A DNA stretch of 64,000 nt from Paraspadella gotoi. Taxonomy: Eukaryota; Animalia; Chaetognatha. Under the pieces are notes generated by a model that made no database searches, was not told the origin of the DNA, and was given only the letters and a program-made list of their open reading frames with translations. Below, one piece after another: positions 40,901 to 53,962 of the stretch. The translations under genes were made by a program, and so were the position numbers. The number at the start of each line of letters is the position of its first letter. Within the stretch, counting starts at the first letter, position 1. The DNA is taken from NCBI GenBank assembly GCA_051294375.1, contig CM119270.1, positions 22,005,897 through 22,069,896 of the forward strand, written 5' to 3'.

Positions 40901-43900
40901 GGACTTATCGGAATGGGAGGAAGATAAGAAATCGAGTCACGTTCAAAGACATCTTATCTGTTAGTGAATAAGAATAAGGATAAGGTGAGGAAGGAACTAG
41001 TAAATTCTGAGCATGCGTTGGAGGACAAAGACAGTAAATAGGAAAGGGGAGATAATAGGAATTTGATAGAAATGGCAAATCATGTATCGCGGGCTGAAAA
41101 TGATAAAAGATATCTTACATTGGCTGAGGTATTATAATCTAATATGAAATAAGTGTATGGATATTAAAAGGCAAAAGGTTAGAGAGAAAAATAAACATAC
41201 ATTTTTTCTTTTCGTCTGTTATCTATTTTTTACGGGATATTATCTTTTACTCGAGTAGTTTCTGGGATTCTCGATATTCTATTCATATTTCTATTCAATG
41301 ACCGAAAATTCCATCCATTCTTCGCACCGATATCTGTGTCTGAAGTCTTTTATTCATTGTTTTTCTTAACAAATAAAATAGAAAGTCTAAAGCTATGGTT
41401 ACCGGTTTTAGGCAGGGCATTTTTGTTCTGTGAGGATCTTTAATCGTTCTTTGTTCATTCCGTTTTCGTCGTTCCCGTCGTTCGTCGATTCTTCAAAACT
41501 AATCCGTTTGATGATTTGTTACGAAGCTTGTTCTCTGGTCTCTGTTTGGTTTTTATTGTGGTTGATTTGCAATCGTTCTCTCTCTTGATAATAAAACATT
41601 ACAATAACTGGAATATAATACAATTACGAGGCTTCTACATCTCTCTTATCCACCGGCTATCCCTACATCTTTTTTCCTTTTTTGTCTAACCCAAAACAAT
41701 ATTCTTTTGTGATTCTCGTACAAACTTTTCCCATTAGGTTTTTATTTTAATTTTCCAATTCTCGTTCTTGTGTATTTCATTACAAATTACCTTTTTTTTT
41801 ACTTTATACGCAATTTATTATAAATACTCGTTTCTATTGCTTTTTTTCCTTCTTCCTCTACCATTTACTCCATTTTTTTCCATTTCTCACTTCCCCATTT
41901 CCACTCCTCTTTTGCCATCTATCACAATGTCTGTCTTCCCACATTCTGTCTGGCCACCAAAATGGATACAGATGATCCACTCTTTCCTGTTCAGAACGGT
42001 CGATAGATTTATGATTGTATATTTATACAGAAAAGGATAAAGGAAGAAGTTAGTTGCTATTCCAAAGGTGCTTGCCGCTGCAGTTACTTCTCTTTTGCGT
42101 TGCTTAAACCAGTATATTTTAATGACTTAATACTAGTCATCTGATAATTTGTAACTAAATGCAATCTTCTCTTAGTTGTGATCACAAAACTACGAACGTT
42201 ATACGCTTTGTTATCCCCACTCTATTTGCATGTTTTAATAAGTTAATAACAAAACTCTCCCAATATGATACAAAGCATCAAAATATTGGGCATTAACCTT
42301 AGGGTTCCGATAACGGTTAATTTTTTCGAGAAATTCGTTCCGTTTTTTCGACTTTTAACCCGTTAAAATCGGGGGTTAATTTTTATAATATAGTATAGAC
42401 TCTAGCGAAAACAATATATTTGTTTGTTTTCGGGCATCAATTGTTTTCGACTCACTTATAGCGTCTCTTCGAAATATCAGCAATGCTTTATTTTTACTCG
42501 TTGTTTAGTTTGTGTTAAATACGCCTTGTGTGTGCTGCTATAAATTATATATTATTTCATAAAGCCAATAACCATCAGAATTAAAATAAGTGGAAATATA
42601 ATATAAGTTTGGATTGATTCTGCGAGATTTGATCCTCAGAACAGGATTTTACTTGAGTTAGTTAAAATATAATTTTCTTTCAGTTTTAATTAAACAAAAT
42701 TAATATGCATGATTCGATGTCCGATAGCCACACGTTGTTTACAAAAATCATCAGTCCATTTTGAATTAGAAAACTTGTTGTTTGTATAGTCTTCCTTACT
42801 TTCATTATAACATGTGTTAACTATTTTATTATATGTTTTTTAAATGCACGTATAAGATCTTAATAAGTTTTTCATAATACCTCTGATGGTTATTTCCAAT
42901 CCCTTGTTAGATATTAAGTTAGCTCTAAAGCAGTGCGGATAAATATTTTTAACTAGAAAAATAGACGTGCCAACAAAATTAGAGAATTCCAGTAGTCGAA
43001 TTGTATACATATTCTTAAAATAACAATCTTATAAGAAATTAATATTACATGTATATGACTATAGTGCAATTGCTTGTTGCTCGATCAAATGCGTTAAATT
43101 ATTAACTTCTCCATTTATTTATGGATTTTCTTTGGTTGAATTGAATTGATAGTTTATGTTACATAAACTTAACTTTAATATCAGGGATGAAAATTAGCAA
43201 TAAAAAAATAAAAAAAATTGGGATTAAATGCAAAAATCTAAAAGTTAAGAAAAAACGCGGCAAATAAAACACTGGAAGGGAAATGGGAAAAAAAATTTGA
43301 ATATAAAAAGGTAAAAAAAAGGAGAAGAAAAAAAGTAGAGAGAAAAAAAGAAAGAGGGCGTAACGCTGCATGTCTATTAGAAAAGAAGGAGGGAAAAAAG
43401 AGCATGGATAAAAGGAAACTTTGAGCATTTTAATCTGTGCTGTGGCTGTACAATGTATATTGAGGATTGAGAGCGTTTTAGTTAGATTAATATGATATAA
43501 TTATATCGATTATTATAATAGCGCTGATTCGAAAATTAGTTTTAACAAAAAAAAAAAGAGAAATAAAAAGTGAAAAAAAATATCGAGGTACAAAAAAAGC
43601 GATCAGGATAGATGATGGTGTGTTTATATAAGATAATTATATGGGTGGGATGTAAATAGAAAAGAGTAGGAGAGAGTATAAGAGAGGACAAAGAAAAAAT
43701 TACTCTTTCTTTCTTTTAAAAAATCAAGATTTGGTATACCAAAAAAAAAAAATAGATCATAATTTAAAAATTTAGAAACCGAATTTAACCGTTAAATTTA
43801 AATATATTAACCGGTTAAGGGTCTCAGTTAAAAGTTATTTTTTAAACTTTAATTTACCGTTAATAACTTAGTTAACGATTTTATTCCGATTTACCCGTAA

Positions 43901-46900
43901 TATTAACGTTAATCACCGTTGACAAGTAGGTGTGCTTGGTTCATTGTGAACTTACTCACAGATATAAAAACATTATTATTACTACAAGAAATGATATATA
44001 AAATACTTATACCTAACGTCGGCAAAATATTAACTGAAATACACCATTAAAGGTCTTATTTATTCTTATTCTAACTTTTCCTACCAAAATATTAACATAA
44101 AAAATAGAATTATTACCGGTGTTATAAGCATTTTCAAATGTAAGTAGGACAGACTGAATTAGAACACAGTACAGAATATACCGAACCGCCGTACCGAGTC
44201 AGTACACCGTCATAAAAATGATGGTGTTATAGAGATCTAGCACATCTCGCGTATTACTTTATTCAGTCAGTGATGCAAAAGAAAAATTATCATGTTAGGT
44301 TTTTTTTATAAATTCATTCAGTCGTGAATCGACAAGTTCGTAAGATTTTGGTTTGACGCTGAATCAGGGATATAGAAGATTTTTAGCGTCAGGGTTCGAT
44401 TAAAGGCGATCATCTTGGGAATGGTGAGAAACGTGTTTCAAGGGTCGGTGAAACTGAATAGTGTATGATCATTGGGTGTGTTAGTGGAAAGGTTAAAAGT
44501 GTTCGTCGAAAGGTAAGGTTTATAGTATGGTGTTAAAAAAAAAGAAGAATCACAAAAAGGGAGAATACTAACGGATATCAATACTAGAGATAAATTTAGG
44601 GTCAAGGCAAAGAGCAAAATAACGATTAGTGGTAAATCCATACAGCAACCGGAAAAATGCGATTAGTGGAGTCATAAAGAATACAACAAAAAGCTCGACT
44701 GAAAGACGAGGTTGAGCTTAATGAGGACAATAAACTGTAGGAAGTCACCCTTCTTTTGTGGGGGGTCAGAATGTTGAAAAAAAGATATATTTTAGTTTTA
44801 AGTCTATTTAATACATTATTTGATTTTTACTTTGGAAATCTGATCTAAACGATTGGACAATAATTTCATTTGAGGCCTGAATTATTTCTAATTCTCTCCT
44901 CTCTCTCCTCTCTTCTCTCTCTCTCCTCTCTTCATACCCTCCCTCGTTCTTTCTGCTTCTGCGTGTCTCTTTTCTCTTCTCTCTGTGTCATCCTCTCCTC
45001 TTCATCCAACAAACAACACCTCTCGAATAAGACAGCTGAGGCTTATTTCTGACTTTTTCCAGCCCCCCAGTTTCTTTCCGCACGCTTTCCCAATAATTCC
45101 AGCTTAATTTTGTTCCATCACCTATCTATAAAGAATAAAAACGACGTACGGAGAAGGGAAGGACCGGCCTATAATACATAAGCAAGTTTAAATACTTGGA
45201 GAAAAATCAAATAAAAGTAATTTTATGATAGGTTCATGGGGAAAATGTATTTATTAACTGAAGGAAGCGCTATTTCTAAATTTAGCCTGATAAGAGATTC
45301 TTCTTTTACATAAATTTAATAATTTTAATATTTTTGTATAGTAAAACCGTTTTCCACTAAAGCGGAAGTGTGGACCATAAATTGTAATTAAACCTCGCTG
45401 AAAAACTTGTTCCGCCTATAAACAAAAGTTATATTTGCAAAACTTCCTGGCTTTCGTCATACAGAAAAGGTATATTCTCCTCACTTATTCCATAAAAGAA
45501 TCAAAATAACATGGACCATAAAATAGGATAACGTGAAGTAAACCTTAAAAGCGTTTCGCTTCTGTAATTTCAAGAACTTGCTTGTTTATATGGATTAGAC
45601 AACAAAAATTCAACTAATAATAAAATATGAAAGTTCACTAACTAAATGATACTATTTGAATTATACCTATTAAAGGGAAAGTAAAGATTTTTGGTTTCAT
45701 TGCTAAACAGAGGCACGCGGTAGGTTTCTATGTTGTACATCAAGTGGAAAGAACATAAGGATGAATGGACAACAGGAAACAACCTTATGATCAAAAATAA
45801 CCGATATTTTTTTATTTAATTTTTGTATGCAACTCATTGAATATAAATTAGTAATTTTCTATTTCGTCTTCAGCTTGGTCGGAAGTCGGTCAAGAAATGG
45901 AGGTCGCACGGTAGGTCTGGTCTTCGGGAACAAGGTCAGTTGTGTACGGGTTTCCATGTCCATGCCCAAGGGTCCTGTCCCACTACGTTAGGGAATATCG
46001 GGATGCTCGGTTATCTTCAAAGGCTCTTGTTTCCTAAAGTTGCCCTACAATGCTCAAAATTTACTCTCTTTGCTTAAGACAGCGAAAAACACATCAGTAT
46101 CGAGAGTAACTGCGGTGAGGCTACCCGCCGCTCGGGTTCAAATTTGTGTAACCCTGCGTCGTTGGATTAGTAAAATACTACAAATTGACGCGAAGAAACG
46201 ACCCCGGTATGTGTATACGGAACTTTTAAGTTAGTGACTTACCCGTTGGCTTGAACTCCCAGCGACAGGTAGACATTACTAAAATGCTTCTTTGTACAAG
46301 TGTTTGGGACATAACTTCGTTAATCAACCCAGGCTGTCCGACTAAACCTGTTGGGTTCCAAGAATTCTTTAGCTTAACACTGTGAGTTCCGAGCGCAATA
46401 TAGTACTACCATCAAATATGAGGCACCATTAGTAAATCCTCAACTAGTCGTGATTCACGAGAGAGTATAGTACTCTATGGTGGACGGATATTTTCGAGGG
46501 AACCTTGGTGTTTATGTTTTTATAAAGAAATCTTGAGAAATCTCCTTCTTCTTGAAGCAAAATAACCTACCCGTTATATTAACAATCAATTTTTATTATT
46601 TTCCAACGTTGTTTTGTGCCCTACACTTTAAATATTTCTCGTTTCATGCCTATTGAGAGGTTTCACCAAAATGTTGGAAACCTGGTGGCGAAAACAGCGG
46701 AGGGAAATACACGTGAAAAAGAAAGTCACTTGCGGAGCCTGACCCTGTGTTAATTCATTTCCTTTTTTTTTTCTTACCTTTAAAATTTATTTTTTTTAAA
46801 TTATTTAAATTAACTTACTCTATTGGAGATCATATATTCGGGATCCCCATCCCGTATACCTTGTCTTATTTTTTAACTTCCGCACCGCATCATGATGATG

Positions 46901-47790
46901 AGGGGTCCCGAGAGGAAACGTCCACCCCCGCATGTATATATTGTTTATGCCTAAATCAATTTAAAATTCCAATGTCCAGAACAATCGATAGGTGAAGTTT
47001 AACTCTAAATAAAGAATTACATAAGGATTATGTAACAAGAAATTTCTGAAGATTCTTTAATAATGTAACAGTTAATTCAAATACTCCGATTGAACACTAA
47101 TATTAGTTACATTCGCGTCCGCTTGTCTGTATTTCTCGCTACTCCGTCCCACCCGTCGCCTCCCTTCTATCGCCCCCTCACTTACCAATACCCCTCTCCA
47201 CACATTTCATCTTCTCGTCGATTGTTGCCTTTCTCGCTCTTCTCCCTCGTTTCTTGCTAACCCCAATCTTGCCTCATCCTCTGCTCTCGCGTGCTGTCTT
47301 CCGTCATAATTCCGGTGGGTAAGGTGCAAGCGAGAGTCTCATCGGAAATAATTTCCTCTGTGTGCATTGAGCTTAATATATAGTTTTAAATCGGGGAATT
47401 TCAAGTCTTCTATGGACAATCGCGAGTGAGTGGAAATGCAGTTTTTAATGCACAAGTCATAGTTTTGACGTATGGAAGGTGTCTTTATGATTTAGTCTTC
47501 CTCATAACTTTTTCTACTCGTCAATGACAGTGAATTTATTACGATTAGATTGCAAGTATGCAATTCATGATTTCGCAATTTGAAAAAAAGTTGCAAATTG
47601 GCCCAATAAATTATGCAGTTAAAATATATAGTTATACGAAATTATTTATTGTGCATGTTTACGTGATATGGATACCGGATCTTCTGGGGGAATAGATAGG
47701 TAACTCGATCTGTTCGCGTGAACCCAGTTACGGATCACAAATATAGAAATAATTATCGTCGATGTTAATTGTCAGATATACTAATCAGCT
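34940..47790 (-). other. noisy reverse-complement copy of ~49010-57500 (probable raw long-read gap-fill artefact)
   Basis: Collinear inverted matches seen by eye: 35421-36440 vs 56100-56980; 36570-36990 vs 55800-56030; 39610-40700 vs the 53963-54655 exon; 41500-42000 vs 53100-53540; 42300 vs the hAT TIR at 52901; 44830-45170 vs 50820-51120; 47360-47790 vs 49010-49370. Differences are mostly insertions (about 12.9 kb vs 8.5 kb). Confidence 0.9.
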
Positions 47791-48848
47791 GCCTCAACCA
47801 CAAACAAGAACGATCATACAAAAATAAGAAAAAATATAACTAGACAAATAATTAAAAATGCACAGAATGAAATAGAAGCGAAAGGAATAAAAAAAAGGGA
47901 CAAGGACAAACTTAAAGCATATATGAACAGTGCAAAGACATAAAATAGAGAAATTTAAGATGAATAAACAAAACCTCTCAAACAGAATACTTATCTCTCT
48001 GAGATAAATTATCCAATAAACTTAGATCTGAAGAATAAAAAAAAAAACAGAAAAAATAAATCTAACAGAACACAAAAAAAAGACAAAAATAAATCGCGGC
48101 AAGGTAGAGATACGTGCTGCCTCCTCTCTTCTACCCTTCTCTCTCTCACTTCATCTCTCTCCTGTCTCCTCTCTCTATCCTCTGATCGTCGTGTCTCTCG
48201 TCTCTATCTTCGTGATACTCTCTACCTTCTCTCTCTCTCATTCTCTCTCTCTTCCGCGGCTGATAAGCAAAGTGAAACGGCACAAAATCACAAATTATAT
48301 GATATGGTGAGAGATAACTCTCGTACAATACATCTCAATTAACTGTTATCTCAATACCTTACAAAATATAGAGAGGAGAGAGAGAGAGAGGAACTGTTGC
48401 ACTTTTCAAAACTTAGACGTACAGACAGGATGAGAGAAGAGATCGGGGGAGAAGGGACGAGCGAGGAGCGAGAAGAGGAATAGGAAAAGCAGTACACCCC
48501 CCGATCCTGCTGAGTCATAGAGAGAGATGACGACTTCGTCTCTTTGCACTCAGTGTCGCAGCGCTGCCCCACCATTCAACTGAGGATGTCTAGGGTCGAA
48601 AGTTAATTTCAATGCAGCTTGATTACTTCCCAGTAGAGAGAACAAAAAAGCAAAGAAAGGATTCGAAAAAAAAGAAAAATAGACAGCCCAGGCTAATAGA
48701 ACGAGAGAAAAGATACTGGGGAGATGACAGAGAGAGAGAAAGACGAAAGAAGAGGTGAAGAGAGAGAGAAGAGAAGAGAGATGAGAGAGACGTAGAGAGA
48801 TGAGAGGAGAGAGCAGATGAGAANNNNNNNNNNNNNNNNNNNNNNNNN

Positions 48849-48885
<37 letters not shown>

Positions 48886-48961
48886 CAACCACTCCGCTAA
48901 TGGCTGCGAGATTTTCTGTTTACTTCAGATCAAAAGGAAAACAAAAAAACTGCGGAGTTGA

Positions 48962-49620
48962 AAAACAAGTTTGAGCAAACAATGTCGGATCTGTCTACGA
49001 TAATTAAGCGGTTATCAGCTAATCAGATGATAAATGACGATAATTATTTCAATTTGTGATCCTAACTGGTCAGAACAGATCGTACCATACCAACCCAGTA
49101 ATACAAATAAATAATTGTATAACTATTATTATTTTTTAACTTGCATAATTTTTGCAATTTGCAACTTTTTTTTCAAATTGCATCATAATTGCATAATTGC
49201 ATCATAATTATTAATTATTTAATGAATTAAAAAATTTATGAGGAAGCATAAATAATAAGAATTCAAGTCAACTTGACTTGACCATAAAAACTCATTTCCA
49301 CTCACTCGATTCCATTGAAACTTTAAATCCCTTAAAACCTAATATTAAGCTCAATCACACACTTCCCTACCCACGCACAAAATATCGTTTCAATCCATCA
49401 ATCCAATCACGAGTATTTGGAGTTTTTTGCTAAGGGGGGACGGACAGACAGACATAATTTATCATAATTTGATGTCATTTAAGGAAAAACTCATGGATTT
49501 TTATGGCTTGATACTCCTGCGATGATGTTCTGACATGATTTAAGTGATTGCCCAACAATATTGAGCGGGTGACCGACTGACCGACAACGTGGATTATAGA
49601 GTCGGGATCTGATGACTAAA
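48962..49620 (-). mobile_element. HINE-like repeat, family A copy
   Basis: Shares the AAACAAGTTTGAGCAAACAATGTCGGAT end, the CCAATCACGAGTA...GCTAAGGGGGGACGGAC core and the AGAGTCGG...GACTAAAA end with 3506-4687. Confidence 0.65.
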
Positions 49621-50419
49621 AATAAAAATTAAAAAAATAAATAAAAGTAAAAAAAAAAANNNNNNNNNNNNNNNNNNNNNNNNNNNNNNNNNNNNNNNNN
49701 NNNNNNNNNNNNNNNNNNNNNNNNNNNNNNNNNNNNNNNNNNNNNNNNNNNNNNNNNNNNNNNNNNNNNNNNNNNNNNNNNNNNNNNNNNNNNNNNNNNN
49801 NNNNNNNNNNNNNNNNNNNNNNNNNNNNNNNNNNNNNNNNNNNNNNNNNNNNNNNNNNNNNNNNNNNNNNNNNNNNNNNNNNNNNNNNNNNNNNNNNNNN
49901 NNNNNNNNNNNNNNNNNNNNNNNNNNNNNNNNNNNNNNNNNNNNNNNNNNNNNNNNNNNNNNNNNNNNNNNNNNNNNNNNNNNNNNNNNNNNNNNNNNNN
50001 NNNNNNNNNNNNNNNNNNNNNNNNNNNNNNNNNNNNNNNNNNNNNNNNNNNNNNNNNNNNNNNNNNNNNNNNNNNNNNNNNNNNNNNNNNNNNNNNNNNN
50101 NNNNNNNNNNNNNNNNNNNNNNNNNNNNNNNNNNNNNNNNNNNNNNNNNNNNNNNNNNNNNNNNNNNNNNNNNNNNNNNNNNNNNNNNTTAAAAAAATAA
50201 ATAAAAGTAAAAAAAAAAAAGAAATGAATTTAACACAGTCAGTCAGTCAGTCAGTCATTGAAGCTCAATTGAGACAAAAGGCAACAGAAAAAAAAAATAA
50301 AATTGAGATTTTGAGAGAGACTAGGTTGAAAACATGGTCCTACTATGAGACATGGTCCCACTATGAGATATGGTCCCATTATGAGACTATACACAATAAG
50401 AAAGGAATCCTGAACCAAC

Positions 50420-50640
50420 AGTAGTCGAGCCTTGTGATAAGTTCTTCCCGCGGATAAGCACGACACCTACAGTCGTCACCCGGTGGCTCAATGTATCAAC
50501 TCATGTCAATCATGTACCGTAATTGTTAGGAAACGTGAGGACGTTCCGAAACCGCCTTGGGGGCCTGGAAAACCCTTAAGCCTGGTCCCAAGCCCAGGAC
50601 TCGTTCCATTGCTGCTGAGGGGGCACAGAAAATACAGATA
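50420..50640 (+). mobile_element. SINE-like copy
   Basis: About 100 bp closely matches the reverse complement of 10065-10170. Confidence 0.6.
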
Positions 50641-50815
50641 TATATCATACACGCTTTATTAACTCCACGATATCCATTAGCCAGTTTGATTAGATATGGA
50701 ATAAACGGATTTGTACTAATTTCATGAGCTTCACTCGCTTTAAGTTGAAAGTTTTATTCAATTATTATTGGTTCGTATTTTCTCTTAATTCAATCCAAAC
50801 AATTTTTTTTCTCAG

Positions 50816-50924
50816 ATTTTAACGCGCGGTCCTTCCTCTCCGTCCGTCGATCTAGACGGACATACGGATTTGAAAGACGATGGCGGAAGAAACTGGGGGC
50901 TGGAACGAATGCGCGCTATTGAAG
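50816..50924 (+). CDS. internal exon of unknown protein
   Basis: ttttttttctcag| acceptor and AAG|GTGTGT donor. ILTRGPSSPSVDLDGHTDLKDDGGRNWGLERMRAIE. Phase 0 in, phase 1 out, compatible with 33198 upstream and 53963 downstream. Confidence 0.6.
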
Positions 50925-51037
50925 GTGTGTGTNNNNNNNNNNNNNNNNNNNNNNNNNNNNNNNNNNNNNNNNNNNNNNNNNNNNNNNNNNNNNNNNNNNN
51001 NNNNNNNNNNNNNNNNNNNNNNNNNNNNNNNNNNNNN

Positions 51038-51074
<37 letters not shown>

Positions 51075-51479
51075 CTCAAATGAAATATTGGTCCAATCAT
51101 TTAGATCAGATTCCAAGTAAATAAAATGAAATTGACTCTAAAACTAAACTTTTCCTCTGACCACAAGAGGGTGACTTCCTACATTTATTGTCCTCATAAG
51201 CTCACCTCTCTCAGTGACCTCTTTTGACCTCCCACTAACTCCTGTGACCATTCAGTGATCCGTCAGATCTCCTTGTATCTTTTTTTACCCTATAACCTTA
51301 CCTTTCGACACTTTAACCTTCCACTAACCCCATGATCTGACACTATCTTCACCGACCCCATGACCTTTCACCATTCTAAGTGACCCTTATGACCTGACCC
51401 TAATCTTCTTTCCCTCAGCGTCAAACCAAAATCTTCGACTTTCGTTCGACTGAATCAAAAAAACCCAAGATAATTTTTT

Positions 51480-53085
51480 TTTTGTTGCGACGAAAATAAT
51501 CGCGGTGCATCTCTATAACTCATTTTTCGGTCGGTCGGTTCGTATATCTGTCTGTCTATCAGTCTGTCCTACTTACATTTGAAATGCTTATAACACCGGT
51601 AATATTCTATTTTTTATGTTAATATTTTGTAGGAAAGTAAGATAAGATAAGATAAGACCTTTAATGTGGTAATTTCAGTTAATATTTTGCCGACTGTTAG
51701 GATATATTTATATATTTCTTAGGTATATGTTTTATACTTGTGTAGTCACATGACCAGAACTACTGTCACGTGATTAAGGTTAATTAGGGTTACGATAACC
51801 GTTAACAGTTAACGGTTATTAACGGTTTAAAAATAACTTTAACCTAACCGTTAATAATATTTTATTTTAACGGTTAAATTCGGTTAATTTTTAAATATGA
51901 ATTTTTTTATTTTTGGTATAAAATCTTTGAGTTTTAAAAGAAAAGTAATTTTTTCTTGTCCTCTCTTTATACTCCCTCTCCTTTTCTCACCATATTTTTT
52001 TCACCTCTCTCTCTTTTCCATTTTTTTCCTATTTTTTTCCTTTGTTATTTTCAAACCCTTTAATCTTTTTTCTATACTAATCTCCTTCTGTACCTATCTC
52101 TCTCTTTCTCTCTTTTCCCCTCCTTCTTTTCTCCTTTCTTTTCTCTCCTTTTTTTCTCCCTTTTCTTTTACCTTTTTCATTTTTTTTCTTGCCCTTCCAG
52201 TGGTTTTTTCTTTTCTTACTTATTTTTCTCCCAATTTTTTTTTCGTTTTTCCTTTCAATTAATTTTATACATTTACATCAAAGAATATAATGAAATATAC
52301 ATATATATGCACATGCAAATAGTTGCATACATTTTCCTGCAAATTAAATTCTTATATAAAATAAATAATATCCTATTTTGCTATTTTTTTATTCACTCTT
52401 TAAACAAACAAAGAAGCAAATGAAATAAAACCAAAATATATGAAAAAATTATTAAAAAAACCAAATAAAAATAAATGTCATAAAAAAATTAATAATAGAA
52501 GGAACTAATCTTAAAATGGACATTAAGGCTATCCTTCAATCATGATATATTTTTTAATAAAACTGAAAAAAATATTTAATAATCAATAAATCTTTGGATC
52601 AATCGATCAATCAAACTTTCAATCAAAAAAATATTATTCATAATTTATATTTATGGTTATGGCTTATGAAAAAATAAAAACAGAAAACAAGCGTTTAAGA
52701 AACTAACAACTAGAAAAATAAGCATTGCTGATGAAGACGCTAATTGTAGAGTCGAAACATGTCCGAAACAAAACAAATTAATTGTTTTCCTGTCTAAAAG
52801 TTATATTATAAAATTAACCGATTTTAACGGTTAACCGTTAAAAATATTAGTTTTAACGGCTAAGCGAAATTTCTCAAAAATTAACGGTTATCGGAACCCT
52901 AAGGTTAATGCAGCATATTTTGTGCTATGTTTGGTTGTTTTACTTTAAACATTGCAAATGAGTGGACAACTATAGTTAGTTTGTTACATATAAATTGCAT
53001 AGTTACATTATCACGTAGTCACTTAGAAATATATGTTAAAAGAAAGTAACTGCAGCGCAACACTTTGGAATTACTCTTCTTCTTT
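51480..53085 (+). mobile_element. HINE-like repeat, family B copy interrupted by the hAT-like element
   Basis: 5' part ATCGCGGTGCATCTCTATAACTCATTTTTCGGTCGGTCGG and 3' part AGAAAGTAACTGCAGCGCAACACTTTGGAATTACTCTTCTT lie on either side of 51785-52901. Confidence 0.55.
51785..52901. mobile_element. hAT-like non-autonomous element (1117 bp) nested in a HINE-like repeat
   Basis: 21-bp TIRs TAGGGTT(A/C)CGATAACCGTTAA (20/21). Perfect 8-bp TSD AGGTTAAT at 51777-51784 and 52902-52909. Repeated subterminal AACCGTTAA motifs. Confidence 0.9.
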
Positions 53086-53962
53086 TCTTTTTTAATATAA
53101 TGAAATCTCGACCTTCGACGGGAAAAGTGGATCATCTGTATCCATTTTTGGGCGACAGATGGGGAAGCAGATGTCGATGGGAAAAGGAGGAAGTGGAAAT
53201 GGGGAAATGGAAAATGGAAAATGGAAAAGAAGGAAAAGGAAAAAAAGGAAATAGAAAATAAAGCGGTAAATAGAAAAAAGGTAATATTGTAATGAAAACA
53301 AGAAAATTGGAAAATAAAATAAAAAACTAAATGGAAAAGTTTGGTAGGAGAATCAAAAAGAATATGGTTTGGTAGAAAGAAAGAAAAAGAGTGAGGGATA
53401 GCGGGAGAAAGGGATGTAAAGCTCTATTGTAATATTCCATTGTAATGTTTTATTTCAAGAGAGAAACGATTGCAATCACCAAAACAACAAAGAGACCAGA
53501 GACAAGCTCGTACAATCACTTCACGGATTAGTTTGGAGGATCGACGACGACGACGACGACGACGACAAAGACGTAAAGTCCAGAGAAATCTAAACCGTAA
53601 CGCTTTTTACTTTTCTTTTCTGTTAAAAAACGAAAGATTCGCTTCGGCGATGAATGGGATGGATTTTCGGTCATTCGACCACTCGAGTAAGAATAAGTCT
53701 ATAAATGGAAACACGAAGAAATGTTTTTTTTTCTCTCCTTCCTTTTTTCCCTTTTTCTTTTGTCCTCCCTTTCTTTTCTTTTCTCCATTCTCATTCCTTT
53801 TCTCCCTTTCCTTTCTTTCCTCCATCCTCATTTCTTTCCTCCCTTTCCTTTCTTTCCTACATCATTTCTTTACTCTCTTTTCTTTCTTTCCTCCATTCTC
53901 ATTCCTTTCCTCTCTCTTCTTTCTTTTCTCCTTTCTCATTCCTTTCCTTTTCCTCCCTTCAG

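Noticed and set aside
36144-48892. Complex-looking ORFs such as 36594-37016, 38768-39052 and 39988-40496
   Set aside because: They lie in the noisy inverted copy and are scrambled reverse complements of 49-57 kb. They are not independent genes or a pseudogene.
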